NCBI GenBank assembly: GCA_021513695.1
Contig: CP084166.1
Location: forward strand, 2,912,001 to 2,976,000
Source of the DNA: Candidatus Heimdallarchaeum aukensis
Lineage (GTDB): Archaea > Asgardarchaeota > Heimdallarchaeia > Heimdallarchaeales > Heimdallarchaeaceae
Direction of reading: 5' to 3'
Length of the DNA: 64,000 nt
Positions within the stretch are counted from its first letter, which is position 1. The number at the start of each line of letters is the position of its first letter. The position numbers and the translations under genes were made by a program. The notes below the pieces were generated by a model. The model had not been told where the DNA came from, searched no databases, and saw nothing but the letters and a program-made list of their open reading frames with translations. Of this stretch, positions 1 through 8,270 are shown piece after piece.

Positions 1-14
1 TTCTTATTTCAGAA

Positions 15-356
15 ATGATGAATTACTTCAATGAAAAAGAAGTGAGAGCGATATGTAATAAAGCAACAGAAGAAAGTAAAGCCATTTTTCTCTTTCCTCT
101 GGAAGAAATAGTTTCTCCTTCTGATTTTAATCACATTTTAGAATCATTGAAATCTGAGGGATATTCTTCAAATGAAATAGTGAAAATTTTTGTTGAACCA
201 GTAAAGATAATTAATTCTACACTTCGACAGAGAAACAAAAATAAAAGTGTAAAAATTTTTGCTGCTGTATTCAACAAACTAATAGAAAAACATGGTTTCA
301 CATTGGAAAGAATGGGTTTTCTTCATATTTTCTGCCCTGAAGAATATCTTTCTTAA
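15..356 (+). CDS. hypothetical protein (113 aa)
   Basis: Intact ORF in the track with no recognisable motif. Could be co-transcribed with the next gene. Confidence 0.3.
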   Translation: MMNYFNEKEVRAICNKATEESKAIFLFPLEEIVSPSDFNHILESLKSEGYSSNEIVKIFVEPVKIINSTLRQRNKNKSVKIFAAVFNKLIEKHGFTLERMGFLHIFCPEEYLS

Positions 357-407
357 AAGTTCATTTGAGAAACAATAATCTTTATTACTTCTTTTTCTTA
401 TATCCAA

Positions 408-1148
408 TTGATATTAATGTCTGAACATGATGAGAATAAGAGCCATGAAATTGCCCCTGGAATTTATTGGGTAGGCTTTGCAGATAGAAATGCAGGATTT
501 TCTAATAATCCTTACTTAATAATAGATAGTGACGGGACAGGAATTCTTATTGATCCTGGTTCAAGAGCCGATGAACATTTTAGCATTGTAAAAAGAAAAG
601 TTGAGGAGTTAATACCTTTTGAAAAAATTAAATATATTATAGTCCATCATCAAGATCCTGACCTTTGTGCTTCTATCCCTCTCTTTGAAGAATTAATTGG
701 TGTAGATAATGTTAAGATAATCACATCTCTAAGAACAAGTTTGTTTATTCCTTATTATGGAAGCAAAGCTGAGATCATCATTATTGAAGACGGAGATGAA
801 TTTGAACTTCCTTCTGGACGAATTTTGAAATTCGTCACTACTCCTTACGTTCACTTTGCAGGTTCATTTGTAACCTTTGATACAAAAGAACAAGTTCTTT
901 TCAGTAGTGATATATTTGCAGCCTTCAGTTTTGAATGGAAACTTTATGCTGATGATAATTATGTTCAAGCAGTAAAAGCTTTTACAGAACCATATATAGG
1001 TTGTAAAGAACCGGTAATTTCTGCTGCAAAAAAACTGGCTACTCTTCCAATTAAGATTATTGCTCCTCAACACGGATCTGTAATCAAGCAAGATATAGAG
1101 AAATACGTTAATGCATTATTTGAAATGCAATATGGAGCGTGGTTATAA
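408..1148 (+). CDS. metallo-beta-lactamase-fold protein (flavodiiron-protein-like N-terminal domain type)
   Basis: NPYLIIDSDGTGILIDPG is a typical MBL-fold N-terminus. IIVHHQDPD resembles a degenerate HxExDH di-iron/metal motif. The protein (246 aa) has no flavodoxin domain. Confidence 0.45.
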   Translation: MILMSEHDENKSHEIAPGIYWVGFADRNAGFSNNPYLIIDSDGTGILIDPGSRADEHFSIVKRKVEELIPFEKIKYIIVHHQDPDLCASIPLFEELIGVDNVKIITSLRTSLFIPYYGSKAEIIIIEDGDEFELPSGRILKFVTTPYVHFAGSFVTFDTKEQVLFSSDIFAAFSFEWKLYADDNYVQAVKAFTEPYIGCKEPVISAAKKLATLPIKIIAPQHGSVIKQDIEKYVNALFEMQYGAWL

Positions 1149-1453
1149 TGGTTTCAAAGCAAGAAGCTATTCTCTTAATAATTGAAAGAGGTACAGGTGT
1201 AATAGGACCAGTGAAGATGATGTCTCTAGTTTCTGAAGCAGGAATAACTCTAGAAGACGGCAAAGTTGTCTCTCAAGATATAGATGAAAGTTTTAAAAAA
1301 CTTACAGAGAGATTTGCTTCGATTGCTCCAACTACTAGAATTACGTTGTTATCTTTAGCTAAAATGCATGGATTCAGCATTGAAGAAGATAAGGATAAAA
1401 AAGAAAGAAAAACATTTTTACGATTTAGAAACTGGAAACTTTTTAGACGTTAA
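1139..1453 (+). CDS. hypothetical small protein (the true start is probably the ATG at 1148)
   Basis: ORF overlapping the stop of the upstream gene, with no motif recognised. Confidence 0.3.
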   Translation: MVIMVSKQEAILLIIERGTGVIGPVKMMSLVSEAGITLEDGKVVSQDIDESFKKLTERFASIAPTTRITLLSLAKMHGFSIEEDKDKKERKTFLRFRNWKLFRR

Positions 1454-1574
1454 ATTATAATTTTATATTTTAAACAAATTTTTATCTACTTTAAAGTAAA
1501 ATTCAGTTTTTTCTTGCTTTATCTATTTTTGAGAAAAAACTTATAAGAAACAAAAATATTCTTCCTTACAACTT

Positions 1575-2894
1575 TTGAAAAAGGTTGAAACAATGCAACA
1601 AAAGTTCCAAAGAATCCAAGAACTCGATTTCTTAAGAGGAATTGCAATTTTAGTTATGCTAGTCTTTCACAGTTCTTACTACTGGGATTCAACGATGACT
1701 AGTACAGAGATGAATAATTGGTTGAACAACCCTTTGGCAATTTTTGCTTTATTTATAGGTAAATTTGCGGGTATCTTCGCTGTTATCTCTGGAGCAGCTA
1801 ATGCAATTAGTATCAGTGCAAGAGTAGAAAATAAAAAAAATAAGATAGGAGGAATAATCTATAGTTCTTTTGTTTCAGGTTTGTGGATAATATTTCTAGG
1901 AAGAATACACACATCCATGTTCAATCATACAATTAAAGGTGATCTAGTAACACCCTATCCTGATGGACCAGAACAGTATAGTTTAATTGTTGGGAGTATA
2001 CAAACGGGAGAGCTACAACTTCCATCAGAATTTATTTTAATTTTTAAGAATACAGCTCTATTTGTTATCGGAATGAGTGTAATGTGCTCTGGAGTTTTTC
2101 TTGCATTATTGTCAAGAAAGAATAATCACCAAAAATTAAAAAGAAATTTAATAATAATAGGATCAGTAGCAACAATAGTCATTTTGGTAACAGAACCTTT
2201 AAAAATATGGTTAAGGCCAATTTGGGTTAGTTATGCACTTAATCATCAATATGTCAAAGGTTTTTTGTTAGGTTTTTTAATAGGAGATACTTATCCTTTT
2301 TTCCCTTACGCAGGTTTTGCTTTCTATGGGATGATTTTTGGAATAGCTTATTATCACCAAATAGATAGAAGAAAAGTAGCTAAAATAGGAGGAACTGTAG
2401 GCGGAATTTATTTAATTTCAGGAATAATTCTGTTAATTATTTTAGGCCATCCTGATATTACAGAAGTTTTTCAGACCTTGTCAATACAATGGAATCTCTC
2501 ACAGATCGGGTCAATGATATTAATAATGACACTTGTGTATTGGATACACTTTAACACAAAAATGACAAAAGTTCAAAGAATTTTCCGTTCTAGATTTGTT
2601 CGTAGATTTGGGCTCCAAACATTAACTGTGTTTTTCTTAGAACCAATAGTAGGAACTTCAATTAAAGTATATATCTTGGATAAGATCTTTCCCGGGTGGT
2701 CAATTCATTTATCACTAGCATTCGTTTATGGAATATCACTAATATTTTTATGGTTCTTAATTTTAAGAGGATGGGAAGAAATTGATTTTATTGGCTCTTT
2801 AGAATGGATAACAGCGAAGGTAATAAGCTGGTTAACCTTTAGAGAACCTACAAGATTAAAGATTAAAGAAAATCTATATCTTGAAGCAAAATAA
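1575..2894 (+). CDS. polytopic membrane protein, DUF1624 / acyltransferase-3-like (heparan-alpha-glucosaminide N-acetyltransferase-like)
   Basis: The N-terminus RIQELDFLRGIAILVMLVFH matches the R-x-x-x-L-D-x-L/F-R-G motif that opens that family. Many hydrophobic helices follow. Confidence 0.45.
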   Translation: MKKVETMQQKFQRIQELDFLRGIAILVMLVFHSSYYWDSTMTSTEMNNWLNNPLAIFALFIGKFAGIFAVISGAANAISISARVENKKNKIGGIIYSSFVSGLWIIFLGRIHTSMFNHTIKGDLVTPYPDGPEQYSLIVGSIQTGELQLPSEFILIFKNTALFVIGMSVMCSGVFLALLSRKNNHQKLKRNLIIIGSVATIVILVTEPLKIWLRPIWVSYALNHQYVKGFLLGFLIGDTYPFFPYAGFAFYGMIFGIAYYHQIDRRKVAKIGGTVGGIYLISGIILLIILGHPDITEVFQTLSIQWNLSQIGSMILIMTLVYWIHFNTKMTKVQRIFRSRFVRRFGLQTLTVFFLEPIVGTSIKVYILDKIFPGWSIHLSLAFVYGISLIFLWFLILRGWEEIDFIGSLEWITAKVISWLTFREPTRLKIKENLYLEAK

Positions 2895-2980
2895 ACCTAG
2901 TCTTACTTTCTAAGTTTCTTTAATTACTTTAAATTATTATTTACTTAAAATTTAATAATAACTGTTTTCTATAAGGAATC

Positions 2981-4060
2981 GTGATCAATTTAACATTTAG
3001 TACTTTAATAATGTTTATTTCTACAATACCAGAGTTTATTGCTTTGGTAATGTGTGCAATAAATTTTAGGAAAAAAAGGTATTTGCATTATCTATATATG
3101 TTTGCAACTTGGTTCTTCCTTTGGCTAGGGAACCTTCTATTAGCAATTGGATATTTAACTCTGAATCTGGTTGTTTACAAAGTAGGTTTACTTGTTACTA
3201 TACCTTTAACATTTTTTATAATGTTGCTAGTTGATTCTATCTCTAGAGAATCAATTGAACCCTTTAAATTATCCATTGTTATGATAGTTTCAACTTTAGC
3301 TTTTGCTTTTGGTCTTGAGAAAAATGTAGTAGCATTAAATGTTTCAAAGTTGGGTGAAGTTGGGCCTATCGTGGTTGGAAGGTTCAATTATGCGCTAGCT
3401 GCATCATTTTTAGTCTCTTCTGTGCTTTGGTTTTACTATTTCTTGGTTTTATATTTGAAATCTCCAAAAAATTTGAGAAAAATAGCTTCTATTAATCTAT
3501 TGGGAGCTATTATTGGTGGACCTCTTGCTGGATTAGTTTATGCATCTGGAATTGTATGGTATTTACCAGGGACTGACTATTTCTTAATAGCAATTGGTGC
3601 TTTATTAACTACTTATAGTTTTTCAAAAGAGCCAAAATTAGGTTATATCTTGCCTTTTAAAGTCTCAAGGCTTTTATTAATAGATATAGAATCTGGTTTA
3701 CCTTTATTTTCTCACACTTGGGATAATTCAGGATTAGTTGATAGTTACTTATTTTCTGGAGCAATTCATGGAATTACAAACATATTGAATGAGAGTCTTC
3801 ACAAAGGCCTAGTTAAAGAGATTAGGTTAGAAGAAGCTTCGTTAATTATCAAAGCTTCAGAAGAAAAGGACTATCCAGTTGCTTTTGTTCTGATTACAAA
3901 TAAAACAAGTGCGATATTATCTCAGTCGTTAGATCTTTTGGAAAAAAATATTACAAGAACTATTCCTAAGGAAAAAATAGAGGAAATAACGATTAATCAA
4001 TCATCAAATCTTGAAAGCTATATAGAGTCTGCCTTCCCTTACGTTGTATCCTATACTTGA
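2981..4060 (+). CDS. membrane protein with a C-terminal ~100-aa Roadblock/LC7-like domain
   Basis: GTG start. About 230 aa of TM helices are followed by a soluble domain (LLLIDIESGLPLFSHTWDNSGLVDSYLFSGAIHGITN...). This domain aligns with the C-terminus of the protein encoded at 37035-39077. Confidence 0.4.
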   Translation: MINLTFSTLIMFISTIPEFIALVMCAINFRKKRYLHYLYMFATWFFLWLGNLLLAIGYLTLNLVVYKVGLLVTIPLTFFIMLLVDSISRESIEPFKLSIVMIVSTLAFAFGLEKNVVALNVSKLGEVGPIVVGRFNYALAASFLVSSVLWFYYFLVLYLKSPKNLRKIASINLLGAIIGGPLAGLVYASGIVWYLPGTDYFLIAIGALLTTYSFSKEPKLGYILPFKVSRLLLIDIESGLPLFSHTWDNSGLVDSYLFSGAIHGITNILNESLHKGLVKEIRLEEASLIIKASEEKDYPVAFVLITNKTSAILSQSLDLLEKNITRTIPKEKIEEITINQSSNLESYIESAFPYVVSYT

Positions 4061-4131
4061 ATATCTACAAAGCAAAAAACTGCTTTTAAGATAAAAAAAG
4101 ATAGTAGAAATTCTTACAACATTTCTATTTT

Positions 4132-5268
4132 TTAAATTTCTGTAAAGGATTCAACAACTTGTTTATTTAATCTTTTCAATGCTTCTACTATAAGTTCTAC
4201 TGTATTTTCCATATCATCAACAGAAATAATACCATTGTGACTATGAATGTGTCTAGTTGGGACACAAATAGCAAGAGAAGGACAACCAATTCCCGCTAAA
4301 TGAATGACTCCAGCATCTGTTCCACCAGGTACAGTAGATAATTGATAGGGAATATTTAGTTCTTCAGCTAAATCAATCATGAAATTTCTAAATCTTGGGT
4401 TGGGGATCATTGATCTATCATAAATAAACAAACTTGGGCCTTTACCCATTTTTGCAGGAGCTTTATCTCCAATTCCAGGGACATCTCCAGAGATATCTAC
4501 ATCAATTGCTATAGCCAAGTCAGGTAAAATTTTTTCTGCAGCAGTTCGTGCTCCTCTTAACCCTACCTCTTCTTGTGTAGTTGAGCAACCGTAAACAGTG
4601 TTTGGATGTTTAATATTCTCTTCTTTAAGCCTTCTGATAATTTCAGCAGTTAAAACTGCTCCTACACGATCATCAAAAGCTTTTCCTACTACAAATTTCT
4701 TCATTTCAAATTTCTTTTCCTTACCTTCCCCGTCTTCTGATTCTATTAATCTAGGTCTTTCCCAAATTTCAAACTTAGCATCAGGCATAACAGGATCTCC
4801 TTCACGAATACCAAGTTCTTTTACTTCTTCCTTTGATGTGCATCCAACATCGATATACATTTTATCTTTTACAACTACTTTGTTTCTATCTTCTGGTGAA
4901 AGAACGTGAGGAGGTTTGGCAGTAATAATTCCTGGGATAAACTCTCCTTTATGAGTTCTAATAATTACTCTTTGACTGAGAAGAGTTTGATCCCACCATC
5001 CACCAAGTTGATGAAATTTAAGAAAGCCATCTTTGGTGATAGATTTGATCTGAAAACCTATTTCATCAATATGCCCAGCAATCATTATTTTAGGGCTATC
5101 CTCTGTTCCCTTTTTAGTGAAAATTAGAGAACCAGTTCTATCTTTATCGATGTGATCAGCAAATTTCTCGACATAATTACGCATCTTTTTTTGGACTTCC
5201 CATTCAAAACCTGAAGGACCAAAATCATTAGTTAACTCTTCTAATAGGTTGAGATTTATTTTAGACAT
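4132..5268 (-). CDS. M42 family (TET/FrvX-type) aminopeptidase
   Basis: The IAGHIDEIGF motif (the AHxDEIG M42 signature) and overall M42 layout at 378 aa. Confidence 0.8.
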   Translation of the reverse strand: MSKINLNLLEELTNDFGPSGFEWEVQKKMRNYVEKFADHIDKDRTGSLIFTKKGTEDSPKIMIAGHIDEIGFQIKSITKDGFLKFHQLGGWWDQTLLSQRVIIRTHKGEFIPGIITAKPPHVLSPEDRNKVVVKDKMYIDVGCTSKEEVKELGIREGDPVMPDAKFEIWERPRLIESEDGEGKEKKFEMKKFVVGKAFDDRVGAVLTAEIIRRLKEENIKHPNTVYGCSTTQEEVGLRGARTAAEKILPDLAIAIDVDISGDVPGIGDKAPAKMGKGPSLFIYDRSMIPNPRFRNFMIDLAEELNIPYQLSTVPGGTDAGVIHLAGIGCPSLAICVPTRHIHSHNGIISVDDMENTVELIVEALKRLNKQVVESFTEI

Positions 5269-5344
5269 AAATAAGAAAAAAAGTAAGCACTTTAATATTT
5301 TGTGCTTGTAAGCTCATTCTATTTTAAAACTTGAAGAGTGTAGT

Positions 5345-6544
5345 TTAATCCATTATGTTAAGTTTAAAGTTGTTTAGTATAAAGAAAAAAGGAAGTAATA
5401 AAGTAGCTCCTAACGTTGCAGAAAAGACAGTAGTATCAATGGTTACATTGTAAAAGTTTAGGAATAAACTGTAGATGAAGAAAGCTAAGTTTGTTAATGC
5501 AGAGATAAATGAAGTAAATGTAGCTCGAAGATCCGAACTCAGTTTTCTTTGTATCATTTGACTTATAATTGGTACACGTCCTCCTCTTGTAATCTGCAAG
5601 GCATAGATAGCTGTAAGAATTAATAGTGAATGTAGTTTCCAGATAACAAGGTAACTTATTGTTTCAATAACAAGAAAAGCATAAACTGCCAACAGTTCGA
5701 ACTCTTGTTTTACTTTTCCCATTATTGTAGAGCTCAGAGCAGCAATAAGATTCATTGTGGCGAAAATTAATCCAATTTCAAATGTACTAATGTTTAAGGC
5801 AAATAATTTTGGTTGATATGACCAGAATACTGCTCGTCCAAAGACAGATAGCGAGAATGTAGCAATGAAAATGGATATTAGGAACTTAGAATGGATGAAT
5901 AGTTTAATAGATTTAACAGTAGCTCCGTTAATACTTTCTGCTTTTTTCCTCTCTGGTTCATAAACGAAGAGAAACATAACAGCTTTAAATCCAAAGGAAA
6001 TGCTAATTATTAGCAAAGGAGTATATAGATTATGAAGGGCTATTAATCCTGAGATGGGTAAAGAAATCATTGCAGTTAAGAAACTAAGAGTGGTTGCTTT
6101 GCTGAGGATTTGCTTATATCGTTCAGTTTCATTTATCTCAATCAGACCATCATAGACCAAGCTAACATCCGAGCCTGAAATTACTGCACCTCCAACTCCA
6201 AATAGAGCTTCAGCAAGAGCATAAGCAGTAAAGGATCTTCCTATGAAATATAAGAAACAGGCAACAGTTAGGATAGAATAACCAGTTACTAATACCAGTT
6301 TTCTTTTGAACATATCAGAGAAAGCACCAGAAGGAATCTCAAATATCATTATACTTAATGCAAATATTCCTTGCAATAGTAGCATTTGAGCAAAAGATAG
6401 GTTTGCTAACTCCCAAACTTTTACTATTACAGGAATAACCATTGCAGTAATATCTAACTTAGAAAGGATAAAGAAAAGATTATTTCTTTTAATTAATTTT
6501 TCTTTTTCTTTACCTTTCAATTCATTTGTTGAGGAGCACATCAT
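5345..6544 (-). CDS. MFS-type transporter
   Basis: About 12 predicted TM helices in a two-halves organisation (399 aa). Confidence 0.5.
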   Translation of the reverse strand: MMCSSTNELKGKEKEKLIKRNNLFFILSKLDITAMVIPVIVKVWELANLSFAQMLLLQGIFALSIMIFEIPSGAFSDMFKRKLVLVTGYSILTVACFLYFIGRSFTAYALAEALFGVGGAVISGSDVSLVYDGLIEINETERYKQILSKATTLSFLTAMISLPISGLIALHNLYTPLLIISISFGFKAVMFLFVYEPERKKAESINGATVKSIKLFIHSKFLISIFIATFSLSVFGRAVFWSYQPKLFALNISTFEIGLIFATMNLIAALSSTIMGKVKQEFELLAVYAFLVIETISYLVIWKLHSLLILTAIYALQITRGGRVPIISQMIQRKLSSDLRATFTSFISALTNLAFFIYSLFLNFYNVTIDTTVFSATLGATLLLPFFFILNNFKLNIMD

Positions 6545-6649
6545 TTTTTCACTTCCTTTAATATTTTTGCAACAAGTAGCGAAAGGTTGAAGATAGCGTA
6601 GGCTAACAATTTGGCTAAAAACAAGTCGAGAAATTTCTTATTCACCAGA

Positions 6650-6781
6650 AAGAATGGACGAAAAGCCAGAACAGAGTTAAGACCCTGGTGAAGAAGTAAA
6701 CTTCTACTTTTAATATGGTGTGAGGACGATAGCATACGCTACAAAAAACCAATTATCAAGCGTATGAGTTCGTCCATTCTT
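6650..6781 (-). ncRNA. candidate structured RNA / 5'-UTR regulatory element (riboswitch-like) upstream of the MFS transporter
   Basis: A GC-enriched patch within otherwise extremely AT-rich intergenic DNA. A 13-bp perfect inverted repeat AAGAATGGACGAA (6650-6662) / TTCGTCCATTCTT (6769-6781) closes an internal 8-bp hairpin (6733-6740 with 6759-6766), an AGAAG/CUUCU hairpin and a CCAG/CUGG hairpin. It lies 106-237 nt upstream of the transporter start. Strand and class are unproven. Confidence 0.25.
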
Positions 6782-7194
6782 AAACATCTTAACTCTAAAG
6801 TTTAATTCTTCTGTATTGTATTTAAACGTTTTCAAAATAGTTTTTCAACTTACAGAAAAAAGTAGAAATCTATTTAGGAAAAAACTGTTTGATTATATTT
6901 ATATATTGTATGTCTAATAAATACTCGATAAAATGACTAGCTTCTTTAGAACAATCATTGATTATATAATAGGAAAAATAACACGGGTAGATAAAAATAA
7001 ACTTAAAGTAAAAATGGACATAAAGGAAAAAGAATCAAAGGTATTTCGAGGAATAAAAGGGACAAAAAGTAAAGCAGAAACAGTTGTCCAAATAATGAAC
7101 TCATTTAGAATATAGTGTATCTACATGAAACTTCGCCAAATCTTTTTACATAAAAAAATTAAAAAAGTAGATTTCTAGCTATTTTTGTGCAAAA

Positions 7195-8238
7195 ATGATA
7201 ATAAAAGAAAAAAGGACTTCTTTGATAAAAAATCTTTTTCCTTCACATGTTCCTCAAATATGGTGTCCTCCTCTTACCCATTACAATGAGAATGGAGAGA
7301 TTGATTTTAACAGAATGAAAAAACATATTGAATTCTTGATACCATATATTCACTCTTTTTTAATCCCTGGTTCAACAGGAGATGGTTGGGAATTAAAACT
7401 AAGTGAGTACAAGTCTATTCTTGAATTCATTCACAAAGAATTTGGAACTAAAAACAAGATTAACTTAATCATTGGTTTGTTAAGAGAGGATCCTAAAGAT
7501 AGAATGGAATTTTTAGACCATGCTATAAGTTTCCTTAAAGAGAAAAATATTGAAATCAAAGCAAATGGTTCTAATTTTGGATACTTCAAGGGTTTTGTCA
7601 TATGTCCAAAAAAAGGAAAAGAATTGACTCAAGATGAAATTAAAGAAGATATTATAGAGTTACTCGAAAAAGACTATCCTTTTGTTCTTTATCAACTTCC
7701 TCAAGTTACAGAAAATGAATTAACTCCTGAATTAGTAGAATATCTTGTAAAAAGTTACTATAATGTATATATGCTAAAAGATTCAAGTGGAGCTGATAGA
7801 ATCGCTAACTCCGATAGAGATTATCGCAGTCTAGTGATTTTAAGAGGAGCAGAAGGGAATTATTTTGAACAACTTAAAGTAGTTGGAGGAAGGTATGATG
7901 GTTTTTTACTAAGCACTGGAAATAGTTTTCCTAAAGAACTTTACTCGCTAGTTGATTTAATAAATAAAGGAAAAAACGAACAAGCACAAAAACTTTCAGA
8001 AAGATTAACTAATGCAGTGAATGAAGTGTTTAAACTTGCTCAAACAATCCCGGAAGGAAATGCTTTTACAAATTCTAATAAGCTAATAGATCATTTTAAT
8101 GCCTATGGAGAAAAATGGAGAGACTTTCCAGCTCCTAGACTTCATAGTGGAAAAAGAATTGATGATACTCTATTAGAACAAACTGTAAAAATTCTAATTA
8201 AGTATGAATTTTTGAAAAAAGAAGGATACATGTTCTAA
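7195..8238 (+). CDS. DapA/N-acetylneuraminate-lyase family (class I aldolase)-like protein
   Basis: ENGEIDFNRMKKHIEFLI...IPGSTGDGWELKLSEYKSILEF resembles the DHDPS N-terminus (GTTGE..LS..E). MLKDSSG resembles the Schiff-base Lys motif (IKdssG). Confidence 0.4.
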   Translation: MIIKEKRTSLIKNLFPSHVPQIWCPPLTHYNENGEIDFNRMKKHIEFLIPYIHSFLIPGSTGDGWELKLSEYKSILEFIHKEFGTKNKINLIIGLLREDPKDRMEFLDHAISFLKEKNIEIKANGSNFGYFKGFVICPKKGKELTQDEIKEDIIELLEKDYPFVLYQLPQVTENELTPELVEYLVKSYYNVYMLKDSSGADRIANSDRDYRSLVILRGAEGNYFEQLKVVGGRYDGFLLSTGNSFPKELYSLVDLINKGKNEQAQKLSERLTNAVNEVFKLAQTIPEGNAFTNSNKLIDHFNAYGEKWRDFPAPRLHSGKRIDDTLLEQTVKILIKYEFLKKEGYMF

Positions 8239-8270
8239 AAATTAAAGAAAAAAGGAAAAAAGGAAAAAAG

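Noticed and set aside
6541-6735. 64-aa ORF upstream of the MFS transporter.
   Set aside because: No coding-like features, and it spans the GC-rich inverted-repeat element. It is better explained as a structured non-coding region.
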